Under the pieces are notes generated by a model that worked only from the letters and a program-made list of their open reading frames with translations, searched no databases and was not told the origin of the DNA. A stretch of DNA of 64,000 nucleotides from Felis catus (taxonomy: Eukaryota), in the NCBI RefSeq assembly GCF_018350175.1, contig NC_058368.1:194682001-194746000 (forward strand), written 5' to 3'. The translations under genes were made by a program, and so were the position numbers. Shown piece by piece: positions 13,421 through 24,842 of this stretch; the stretch's first letter is position 1, and every line of letters begins with the position of its first letter.

Positions 13421-14489
13421 ACTGGTATCATGTTTTGCTATAATTACCAATATACTCTACCAGGCTATTGTCAGGGAAATGAAAAGAGTCTGGCCTGAAA
13501 TGTTAAGAATGGTTATAAAAATAGTAATTATTATTTCACACAATAATTTAATATTTTCTATTTCCTCTTTTGATCTTTATAACCACTTTATAGTTGAAAG
13601 AAACAAAACTAATATGGTCTGTCCATGAATCAGAATCTGCTTTGTCCTCATATACTCGCAGATACGTAAATATCAAAGCTGGGAGGATCCTAAGATATAA
13701 ACCATATTGTCGAGTCTGGTCATTTTATAGATGAGGAGGCAGAGACCTAGAGAAGTAGAGGGACTTCCTTGGGGGTCCCAGAGCTGATCAGTTAAAGATA
13801 TAGGACCAGCATTTGCGTCCCTGCCTGGTTCTGAATTCTATGAGAGAAATTACTGTTAGCAATATGCAAGAGTAAATCACATCAAACCCTGAAATATATG
13901 GACTCCACAGACTGGGCTGTTAAGGAAGATAAAAAATGAAAGGATGGAGGAAACTATTTAAATAGGAACCTCAACAATAATTGGGCTTTACAGATCACAA
14001 GAGGCAAAAATCAGTCTTTATTCACGATCTAAAACCGAATCAGATATCGCAAAGGGACACACCTAAACACACACACCACCATCTGTGAAAACAAACACCA
14101 AAAAATAAATTCTCTTTTATGAATTTGGATCCTGGGAAATGCATTACTCCACTGGCATGGTGACTTTGATTTGGATTTGGTTTTGAATACAACTTTTAAA
14201 AGTGGCCATCTGCCAGACTAAGACATGAAAGCATACAGCCTTACAGACAGCAGGCTATACAAACTTCATTCATCCCATTCCTTCAATTGGCAGATAAAGA
14301 AACTAGGACTCAGAACAGAACAAGGACTCAGAATAGAACCAGATAGCCCCAAGTTGATCACATTCTATTGAGTACAGGAGTAAAAGTCGGGTTAGCTAAT
14401 GCCTGGTCAATGAGAACATGGAGTTTAGAGGCAAATCTGTGTTCCAGTACTGGCTTCACCACTACTGTCTGCCTGACTATAGTAGAGAC

Positions 14490-15050
14490 ATTTGTAGGTA
14501 ACATACGTTTATTGCAATGCCTACCTCCCTTGCCTGCCTCCTCTGTAAGGCCAGAGAAAGACTCGGTTTCCCAGCAGCTAAGGGTAGTCATGTGACATAA
14601 CTCCGGCCAATGAGATGTAAGTGGAAATCAGCTAGGGGCTTTGAGAAGAATGTTTCCTTTTATGATTAAAGAAACACACATGGCTGGTGTGGCCCCCGTT
14701 CACTTGCTTCTTCCTTTAACACAGCAAGCACTTCAGATCATAACCATCCTGTGCCCAGCATAAAGAAGAAAAGTCAACACAGTGGACACAGCAGGAGAAG
14801 AGCAGAAGCTTAGAAAGAACTTGGGTCCTTTCTATTCTGTTCTGAGTCCTAGTTTCTTTATCTGCAAGTGGAAGGAATGGCTAATGAAGTCTGTATATAC
14901 TGCTGTCTGTAAGGCTGTATATTATTGAAGTGGAATCAGTATCAACAGCACCATCAGAATTCTTGTTTGAGGGGGGAAAAAATGCAACAACTCCCATTTG
15001 CTTAAATAAGCATTAGCTGGTTTTATATTAATGGCAGCCAAGGAAAACTG
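14490..15050 (+). mobile_element. Old MaLR LTR (MLT1-like) containing a ~90-bp foreign insert
   Basis: CATGTGAC...GGCCAATGAGATGTAAGTGGAA and AGAAAGAACTTGGGTCCTT motifs. Confidence 0.7.
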
Positions 15051-16310
15051 ATTTGGTTACCTTGGATAAATTAGACTCTCTAAGCCTCAACTGTTGTATC
15101 TATTAAATGAAAAACAAGCATACTTACTTCATCAGTCTCCTGTCATTATTAATTTAGCATATATTAACTGAGCACCTGCTAACTATGTGAAAGACACTAT
15201 TCTGGGAGTTGACAATATAGCAGTAAATTAAAGGGTCTTTCAACTATGGGTCACACTTTCTAGTCTTGAGAGATAGACATAAAAAAATAAATATAAGAAA
15301 TGTCAGGTAGTGAGTGGACTAAAGTTAAAAATGCGTGTGAAGGACCCAACACAGAGCTAGGCACAGAGTAGGGCTCTAAACAGCAGCTGCTACTATGATT
15401 TTTGTGGTCATTCAATAAATACTGCTGAAATTCTTAGGACTTCCCCAAACCTACATATATATGAATTATTAGAAATGAGGAGATCTCAAGCCAACCCATA
15501 TTGTCACAGGAAATCCCTGCACTCTGACCTGATTAACTTTCTCTCCTCAAGCTGGAAACATTTGCTTTTAAATCTCGAGGCTCCAAGGTTCACACGCCTT
15601 TAGATCTTTTCAGTGCTAGGACTTGTTCTGAATGATCAAGCCAGAAAGGCTAACATGGCTGGAAACAAAGAGGCTGGAGAGGAGTGGAGATTTGCTACAG
15701 ATGACTGACTTCCTCTCTGTGACTAGTCACCTGCAGCTAGTAAAGTCACTAGCTTTACCTGGAGCAATTAACCCATGCAAATGCACGCCAATGACCACTT
15801 CTCTTAGGAGATGGCCAGGAGACATGTAACTGGGACTGGACAATAGAGTCCAAAATGCCTTTCTTTTTCAGGTATCATTTTAATGAAGAACTGATTTCAT
15901 GAGTGAGAATCATAAGGTGGTGATCTATGGAGTTAGACTTAAAACAACAACAACAAAAACAACAACAACAAAAACCTTGCAAATACCATTGGATAAATCC
16001 AGGCAGGCTCTCATCTTGGATCTACCCATGGTTTTCTGTGTGATCCTAAGCAATCCCTTCCCTTCTCTGGACCTCAGTTTTCCCATCAGTACAGTGATGG
16101 AGCTGGGCTAGACCGAGTCTAAGGGACCTTTCAGCTCTGACATCCTGTCATTCTACTTTTCTCAAATCATCTGCTCTGGTAAGCCTCCCTCCTCCTAGCA
16201 GCCATGGAACGGGGTGCCTCTCTCAGCATATTTGCTAATGCCCAGACGCCAGGGGGAAAAACTGCTGACGGACGCTCTGGCTGCCTCCGTGTTGTTAAAC
16301 ACCTACTTAC

Positions 16311-16367
16311 AGCTCTAATCGGCTGGTTTTCACACCCAGGAGATGAGGATTGATTGCTGACATTGAC
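16311..16367 (-). other. Candidate 57-nt internal exon (unverified)
   Basis: Minus strand cctctccttgccAG | 57 nt | GTAAGT in repeat-free sequence. Confidence 0.3.
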
Positions 16368-16669
16368 CTGGCAAGGAGAGGATCCTGCAATCACCAGCCA
16401 AAGTGACTTAGGCTTGCGGGCTGGAATTTGGCAAGTGGCACTATGGAGGGGAAAGCAAATATGGAAAACAAGAGTGCGAAGCGTTTTAGTGCAGTGGTTA
16501 AGAACACTGGTTGCAGAGTCAGGCACACCTGGGTTTTATTCTTTCCTCTGCCACTTTCTAGCTGTGTGAACTTGGTCATGTCACTTCACATCTCCGAACG
16601 CATTTCTCAATAGCAGCGGATCCTGTCCCCACTATCCCATGGAGGGCATCTTGATGGGTCTCCATTGCA

Positions 16670-17089
16670 TGGTCTTCTCTGTTTGCCAGTGACTGCATGC
16701 GTAAATGGCATGTGACCCAATCATGGCCATTGAGAACTAAGAAGAATTTTTCTGGGTCCTTCTTGAAGTTTTCCTTGCTAAAAAATACCACACAACAATG
16801 GTACCTACAAACCTCTTGATCATTAAAGTTCTTATGCTAATTTAAGCCATCCTGGGTATATGAATGTCCATGAATGTCCACTACCTGCTGATAGACCTAG
16901 TACAGCAGAGCAAAAAGAAAAAGTCTGGGGTTAGTAATGATGCTATTAAGCCACCAATTCTTCACAACCCTGGATCTGCCCTATACGCTGACTGCTTGCT
17001 CTACAGGATGAGAAAATAAGTCACTATTAATAAAACAACTTATAGTGGGGTTTCTGTTCAATGTACCCAAAGGCCTTCTAAGAGCAACA
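16670..17089 (+). mobile_element. Old MaLR LTR (MLT1-like)
   Basis: GGCATGTGACCCAATCATGGCCATTGAGA; MLT-type 3' end. Confidence 0.65.
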
Positions 17090-18311
17090 GTCACATTGAT
17101 CAGAACTGAGTCACGTGTTACGCAGAGAAGAGTTAACCTAGCAGGTCACCGGCTGCTACCTTTTAGAAGAGTCTACTGGCAAGGTTGACCCAAGACTGAC
17201 ATCTGGAAACTTAGTATTTGACCCATTCCTTTAGTTGTTATCATTGCTAAGATTCTGTACTGTCCAGAGCAGTATAAAAAGCACCTTACACCTGTTTCCT
17301 TACTATTAAAATAGAGATATGCCTCTGAAAATCATAAGGATTTGAAAAGTCATAAGGATCTATATGAACTTAAAGGAACATTGTTAGTACCACTCTGCCA
17401 TTGGTAGTCCCTGATATATAAGGAAAACACCCTGCTAAGGGTCAGAAGAACTGGTCCTTCACTGTGGCTCTGACACTAATTTCCTTGGTGACATTAGACA
17501 AGTCCCTTCCCTTCTCTAGATCTTTGTTTCACTATCTGTAAAATTAGGGTCTCGGACTAGTTTAATCTAAGGTCATTCTTGGAATTGATATTCTATGAAT
17601 CAAAATGATACCTTTTTATTTTATACACAGAAAAAAACTTGTTGGCAGAGATGGCCAAAAATTGAGTGGAAAACCCATGTGGACATCTTATAAGTGCTGA
17701 GCACTGTGCTTAGTGCTGGTGCACTGCCATTAGCTATTGCACACACTCCCCACTTGTGCAAGATCCCACCTCACTCTCCTCCCAACATGAGACCATCTAC
17801 TGCACCCCACCTTCACCTCTAGCTCTCCTGTTGGACAATATCCCCGGGATCTCAATCAACAAAGAAAACACTACCTGCAAGTTGTCAGTTTGTTTTTGTT
17901 TTTTTCTCACAAAGAACCAGCTATTTAAAACACTAAAAATAAAGACTGTCAAAATGAAATTATTTTGGCTTGATGCAGAATCATTTACTAAAGCAGACTA
18001 AAACTCCTTATACAAATAAATCCACTGCAGACACAACACCAGATGGAGTGGAAGCAGGTGCCACTTTACCTGTTTCCAAGTAGACAAAGCAAGTTTGCCT
18101 TGTGCCTTGTTCATGTAGACTGACAGAGAACCTTCCCAGATATATAGCATTCAGTCCTTTAAATGCCCTGTTTATGACATAATAATTCAGAGCTGGGCTT
18201 CAGAATAAATAATATTTGAAGCCAAAATATGGTTCTGTTCAGTTCATTCTTCTTCCCTCTTTCTCTCAAAATGTGCATACTTTCTATTCTAGGCTTTAAC
18301 ATCACTCTCTG

Positions 18312-18314
<3 letters not shown>

Positions 18315-18367
<53 letters not shown>

Positions 18368-18553
18368 GTGTATATGTATATATGTGTGTATATGTGTATA
18401 TATGTATATATATGTATGTATATGTATACATATGTATATACATATATAGAGATGATATACATATATATACACATATATACATAGACATACACATATATAC
18501 ATATATATATGTATATATATATATGTATATATGTATACATATATACATATATA
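18315..18553 (+). repeat. (TA)n/(TATG)/(TACA) low-complexity repeat
   Basis: Visible directly. Confidence 0.95.
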
Positions 18554-18689
18554 TTCTCCCTCCCAATGGATCCCAAAACTTCAAATATGTGTTCAGGTGC
18601 AGGGGGTGGGGGAGTGTAGGTCCCTTCCCAGGCCAGAACAGTAAATTGTGCTGATTCACACTAGTCACTGTAATCCGTCTCTTTCCTCT

Positions 18690-19256
18690 CTGATTGTTAG
18701 GTGTGCCCCAGCCAGCATGTATTCCAGGGGTCTCGAAGACCACGCAAACATTTGATGATATGCTAGAAGCTCTCATGGCTAAACCTTATTACTGCAAAAA
18801 GATACACAATAGGATTAGCCACAGAAAAAGACACAAAGTGGAATCTAGAGAAATCCATGCATAAGCTATGCTCTGCTATCTCTCTCTGGTGAGAGGATAC
18901 ATGAGTGTGTTCCCTTCACCAGCAATTAAAAAAAATTTTTTTTCAGTGACATCTACTGTGTTTCCACCTCAGGAAGCCCATTTGAACCCAGAATCCAAGG
19001 TTTGTACCAGGGGCTGTTCATATCAGCACTCTTTGCCCAGCACATACCAAAATTCCATACTCTAAGAAGAAAACCAAGTGTTAAACAATAATTGCACTGT
19101 TGGTACAAACATTGTTGGAGCCATAAGCCACCCATATTGATTAGGGAATGGGTTAAATACTAAGTTCCCAGATGCCAGTCCTGGGCCAACTTTGCCAGCA
19201 GACTCTTCTAAAGGTAGCAGCCGGTGACCTGCTAGGTTAACTCTTCTCTGCATAAC
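18690..19256 (-). mobile_element. ERVL-type LTR (MER68/MER77-like)
   Basis: Minus strand starts TGCAGAGAAGAGTTAACCTAGCAGG...GGCATCTGGGAACTT, matching the recalled family 5' end. Confidence 0.7.
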
Positions 19257-19628
19257 ACATGACTCAGTTCTGATGAATGTGACATCAAGAGAAGTCTGCT
19301 GGAAACCTTCTTTTGGGGAAAATAATAGATCTGCATGAGGAAAAAATCCCTTTATTCTATTACTTCCTGCTTACTGGGGTGTTGATTAAAAATATAATAT
19401 CCGGAGTGGAGCCATCAATCTTTCAACAGTGATGAAATAAGCATGAGGATGAAAACACAACCCGTTGAATATGGCCAAAAAACAGGAGACATATGCCTGG
19501 GTCCTTGAGAGTATGAGCAGCTAAGCTAACATCTGAGGGAAACAAGTCCAAGCAAGTTCAAGCCACAGCCAGGAACCAGCCACTGCACCATTACTTGTAG
19601 GCAAATTCACTCCTGATACTTTGATACA
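19257..19628 (+). mobile_element. MaLR LTR relic (MLT1-like)
   Basis: CATGACTCAGTTCTG...GAAGTCTGCTGG, CCTGGGTCCTTG, CCTGATAC motifs. Confidence 0.55.
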
Positions 19629-19674
19629 AAAATCAAGCAAAAACAACCACAACTCTTTTTCATGAAGCCAATCT

Positions 19675-20680
19675 TTTTTTTAAATATAACTTATTGTCAA
19701 ATTGGCTTCCATACAACACCCAGTGCTCATCCCAACAAGTGCCCTCCTCCCTGCCCATCACCCACTTTCCCCTCTCCGCCACCCCCCATCAACCCTTGGT
19801 TTGTTCTCAGTATTTAAGAGTCTCTTAAATACTTATGAGTATCTCATGGTTTGCCTCCCTCCCTCTCTGTCTGTAAGGGTTTTTTTTTTCCCCTTTCCCT
19901 TCCCCCATGGTCTTCTGTTAAGTTTCTCAAGATCCACATATAATGGGAATGCAAGCTGGTGCAGCCACTCAACAGTATGGAGGTTCCTCAAAAACTAAAA
20001 ATAGAACTACCTTATGACCCAGCAATTGCACTACTAGGTATTTATTGAAGGGATACAGGTGAGCTGTTTCAAAGGGACACATGCACCCTCATGTTTATAG
20101 CAGCACTGTCAAAAATAGCCAAAGAATGGAAACGGCCCAAATGTCCATCGATGGATGAATGGATAAAGAAGATGTGGTATATATATATACAATGGAGTAT
20201 TACTTGGCAATGAAAAAGAATGAAATCTTGCCATTTGCAACTATGTGGATGGAACTGGAGGGTATCATGCTAAGTGAAATTAGTCAGTCAGAGAGAGACA
20301 AATATCATATGACTTCACTCATATGAAGATTTTAAGAGGCAAAACAGATGAACGTAAAGGAAGGGAAACAAAAATAATATAAAAACAGGGACGGGGACAA
20401 AGCAGAAGAGATTCATAAATATGGAGAACAAACTGAGGGTTGCTGTAGGGGTTGTGGGAGGGGGGGGATGGGCTAAATGGGTAAGGGGCACTAAGGAATC
20501 TACTCCTGAAATCATTGTTGCATTATATGCTAATTTGGATGTAAATTTAAAAAAATTTTAAAATAAAATAAATAATAATAATCTTTTAAATAAAAAAAAA
20601 TCCACATATGAGTGAAAACATATAGTATCTATCTTTCTCTGACTGACTTATTTCACTTAGTATAATACCCTCCAGTTGCA
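19675..20680 (-). mobile_element. Carnivore L1 3' end (antisense), split by a second L1
   Basis: 3'UTR homologous to 4290-4660; TSD tttcatgaagccaatct/tttcatgaaaccagtct. Confidence 0.9.
19942..20599 (+). mobile_element. Carnivore/felid L1 3' end nested in the antisense L1
   Basis: ORF2 end plus 3'UTR and A tail; TSD atccacatat. Confidence 0.92.
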
Positions 20681-20869
20681 TTTCATGAAACCAGTCTAGT
20701 GGGGAAGACAGACGACCAAACAATTATACCAATGAGTGTGTAATTGCAAACAGACAAGTGTTCTGAAGAAAAGGAATTTGGTCCTTTTCTTCTAAGGTCC
20801 CATAAGAACATAGAATGAGGAAACTGACCTAGGTTGGTTATAAAAGGGGGAGGAAGCACCCATGGAAAA

Positions 20870-21415
20870 CTTTGTTAAAGTTCTTTATTTCCACATGATA
20901 AATGGCCCCAAAAGGTAATAGCTTAAGACAATCATCTTATTTTGGTCGTGATTTGTGCATTCGATATTCTGTAAAGGCTTAGCTGGGAATTGTCTCCTGG
21001 AATATCTAATGGGGTTTCAATCACATATCAACTAAGCCTCCAGTCATCTGAAGATCTGACTGAGTTTGGTATTTAAGAGGGGTTACTCACAAGACAGGTA
21101 GTTGATGCTGGCTGTCATTTGGGAGCTCAGCTGGCTGCTGACCAGAGCACCAAGCTTTGCCAGCACAGAGTCTCAGGAAAGTCATAGTTCTTGTGAGGTG
21201 GTTCAGGGCTCCATGTACAACTGTTCCAACGAACAAGGTAGAAACCGCATGGTATCTTACCACCCAGCCTCAGAAGTTACATAGCATCGTTTGCATCTTG
21301 CTCCTGGTCAGAGCAGCCATAAAACTGCCGAGATCCATGAGCAGGGATACAGACTTCTTTTCTCAATGGAAAAGATGTCAAAAAATGTATGGGTCTATTT
21401 TTAAACCTCCGTAGC
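20870..21415 (-). mobile_element. MaLR LTR (MLT1-like)
   Basis: GGCTTAGCTGGG, GCTGGCTGTCATTTGGGAGCTCAGCTGG, CCAGCCTCAGAAGTTACA motifs. Confidence 0.65.
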
Positions 21416-21419
21416 CTTC

Positions 21420-21715
21420 CTTAGGAGATGAGAGATAAACTAGTATCTGGAGACTGAGTAGGAAGTTTTAAGCAGGTAGAAGAGGAAGGGAGATGTGACA
21501 TCCACAGAAAATAACCTGTTCAAAGAAAATCCCAGTGGTAGAAGAAAGCACGGCATGTTGGAGAATAAAGAGAAGGGTAGTGTGGCTGGAGCACAAAAAG
21601 TGTGGTATGGGGGTCAGGGTGGAGGAGCAGTGGGTGAAAGGAAAATCATGCTGGGCCTTGGAGGTGGTGGTAAGGATTTGAATCTTTATTCTAAGAGTTA
21701 GCACCTGGGAAATCT
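21420..21715 (-). mobile_element. LINE-2 fragment
   Basis: TGTGGCTGGAGCA...GGTAAGGATTTGAATCTTTATTCTAAG. Confidence 0.65.
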
Positions 21716-22863
21716 TGAATAAGTCACTTAACACTAGTGTCACTCTATCTGTTAAATGAAGAGAGATACTGACCGTCCATACCTTATAGATCTGTCATAA
21801 GGTTTAGTAAATTAATATGTGCATGGTAACTGATCAAAAAGTGGTAATTGTGGCTGTTATTGTGGTTATCATCATATTTTTATTATATTACTAGATAGGG
21901 CATCCACCTTGCAGACAGGAAACTGAGGTACCGAGTTTAAGAGGCTCAGAATACTCAAAAAACAAGTAGCTGAGCAAGGATCGAACCCAAGGCTCTTAGC
22001 CCCCTCGTCAGTGTCCTTCCTTCCTCCCCACCCCCAAGTGCAAAGTCTTAGGGATAGGCATAGCATAGGGGTTGAGATGAAGGCTGATAAAGGAAGAGGA
22101 TATGAGAGCTGAGCAGTGCACCCACAAACTGACACTTTCTATATTTCTAGATGACATCTGCTAGAAGCAACAGATTTCAAGAATGCCATCAGTAAACTGA
22201 GGTCATCTCTACTGCAAGCTGAAGGATGAGAGAGTCTTATCCACATGTAAGTAACATAGAAAGTGATGTAACAAGGGGCAAGTTTGTTGACTTTGTCACA
22301 GAGAGAATCCCTGCTCAACACTTACTGGCTCTGTAACCTTGAGCCAGTGACTAAACCCCACTGAGCCTCAGTTACCCCATCTCTAAAATGGGAATAACAC
22401 CTACCTCATTGGGTTGTGTTAAGAATAAGGGAGAAAAGGTATGTGAAATACTTGGAGACCCAACAGTACCAAATAAATGTCTTCTTTCTCACTCAAAAGT
22501 CAACCCTGAAAACAGTGAAATAACACTGACTCATTCAACCAGCTCTTCTCATTGCTGATGACAATATAAAGCCGAATCAAACACTGACTGGTCTCTAAAT
22601 CCACTTGTGCTGGTCCGTAAATCCACCTAGCAGTTTTCAGGTTCAGAATCTTGCCCTTTTGCTCTTCCTGTGTCTAGAACCTCTCTCTTCAGATTCTTGT
22701 ATAGATTGCTCTGCAGTTGATTCAGGTTTCTGCTCAGATAAAGGGGATGAGAAAAGCCTTCAGGAGCTAGGATCTCATAATCACTGGGATTTGATAATAC
22801 AGAAATCAGGGCAGAGGGTGCATCAAGTGAAAAGAACAGCATGAATTAAAGCACATGGCAGGA

Positions 22864-23084
22864 GGGGCGCCTGGGTGGCGCAGTCGGTTAAGCGTCCGAC
22901 TTCAGCCAGGTCACGATCTCGCGGTCCGGGAGTTCGAGCCCCGCGTCAGGCTCTGGGCTGATGGCTCAGAGCCTGGAGCCTGTTTCCGATTCTGTGTCTC
23001 CCTCTCTCTCTGCCCCTCCCCCGTTCATGCTCTGTCTCTCTCTGTCCCAAAAATAAATAAACGTTGAAAAAAAAAATTTTTTAA
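22864..23084 (+). mobile_element. Young felid CAN-SINE (CpGs intact)
   Basis: GGGGCGCCTGGGTGGCGCAGTCGGTTAAGCGTCCGAC; perfect 16-bp TSD aaagcacatggcagga. Confidence 0.97.
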
Positions 23085-23356
23085 AAAGCACATGGCAGGA
23101 AAAGTGAAGACGCTATTTGGGACCATGGTGGACATTCATGAACTATAGTAAGAGGAAACATGGGAAGATACGATAGGAATGGTACACTAACACCAGTGAG
23201 GCCTGAAAGTTGTTTTAAATATTGATGAGTAGTAACACAACAGGGCCCAAGGCCCTGACCTATTATTAATCCAACAATCAACTGACATATATCTATCCAT
23301 TTATATCCTACATCTTTCTTTCTTTCTCCTCACCCCACATCACCTGTGTGCTTGTG

Positions 23357-23363
<7 letters not shown>

Positions 23364-23410
<47 letters not shown>
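23364..23410 (+). repeat. (CA)n microsatellite
   Basis: About 23 units. Confidence 0.97.
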
Positions 23411-23412
<2 letters not shown>

Positions 23413-24619
23413 GGACCACCTGCCCATTTAGTTCTAAGTCTGAGGACTCACTTGCTAATGAGGAGCTAAGAGAGAAGCCCATCCCTGATGGAAATCAGAG
23501 CTAGCAGACAAGTTATGGAAACATAGTGGGGCCACAGGGTTGAGTAAATAAGACGCCTACTGATTGACTCAGACACAAAGGAGTAAGAGGAGAAGAAAGG
23601 GAGGAAGAAAGGGAAGAGGAAGGGGAGGGAAACATGGAGAGAGGAGGAGGAAAATGGAAAAAAACTCTAAAGTTCCCACTCTCCCTGAGGTAAGAAAGTG
23701 GCTGCCAAAATCATTCTTCCTGAGTCACCGTTGTGGGTAGGTAGAGCAGAGAACACCCGTGTTAGCTAATATTCAGGGACCTATCCCTTATAGCCTATAA
23801 ATATCTCTCCTGCCCCTGGTTCTGTCTAACCACCTAAAATTTTTCCAGTTAGGACTGCAGGCATCTTTGGAGTCCAGTGTTAAAATGTAAACAGCTCTAG
23901 GAGGAATCTAACATTAAGCCATTATCAACAATTAGCATTTCTATAGGGATAAGAATCACAGGAGAGGTTCTCAAGATAGGAAGGGATTTTTAAATGTTAG
24001 TTTATGAGATAATTTACTCACATCTGGGACATCAGAACGATATCCTCAAGACAGAAAAGTGCAGCCCACGCTCTATATCTGTCTCATCCATCTACCTTCA
24101 TTTCCTCCTCTTCCCTAAGACACACTCATTCATTCATTCATTCATTCTACAACTATTTCTTGAGTACTGTCCTAGGCATTAGTGATACACTATAACGAAA
24201 CAAGGTCTTGACATTCTAGTGGAAAAGTTAGGCAGTTATAAAGAAACTCTTTTTTCTTTGATTACCCCATCCTTAATCTTCTCCAGACATTCTTGTGGTA
24301 CATGCTAAACCATACCTCCCACGGCTATCTCCCTTTTGGGAGTGGCTACTGCATTATGCAAAGTCTCCTACAGTTTAATTCCTAATTGTGCTCTCACTTT
24401 TTTGTGTGTGCCCATTCTGCTTTCGAATCCAGACTGTAAGTTCTTGAAGGGCAGAGGCATTGTTTTGCTTCTCTGACAAAGCCAAGCCCAGGAGAAGCAC
24501 TCTACAGGAATTTAAGGATTTAACAATCCCCATGAATCACAGCTTTTGTTTCTAACCACTAAACTCCTGGTATTTAGTAGAAACTCTGCTGGCAGTTTTT
24601 AAATACATAAACACTAGTT

Positions 24620-24842
24620 GGGGTGCCTGGGTGGCTCAGTCGGTTAAGCATCGACTTTGGCTCAGGTCATGGTCTCACGGTTCGTGAGTTCAAGCCCTGC
24701 ATTGGGCTCCTGTCAGCTCAGAGCCTGGAGTCTCCTTCAGATTCTGTGTGTCTCTTTCTCTCTGCCCTTCCCCCACTCACACTCTGTCACTCTCTCTCTC
24801 TCAAAAATAAATAAAACATTAAAAAAATGTTTTAATAAATAA
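24620..24842 (+). mobile_element. CAN-SINE
   Basis: TSD ataaacactagtt/ataaatactagtt. Confidence 0.92.

Noticed and set aside
16244..16260. CGCCAGGGGGAAA as a CTCF site
   Set aside because: It lacks the key GGC(G/A) 3' positions
18159..18776. 205-aa Tyr/Ile-rich ORF and overlapping ORFs
   Set aside because: Artefact of the TA-type microsatellite lacking stop codons
17090..19283. Staggered-break inversion of the segment between the inverted copies
   Set aside because: The right copy is continuous with its LTR and MLT1 neighbours on both sides, which favours a simple templated insertion
22855..23067. Recurrent short ORFs (GAPGWRSRLSV..., AQVMIS...) that look like a peptide family
   Set aside because: They are translations of CAN-SINE copies
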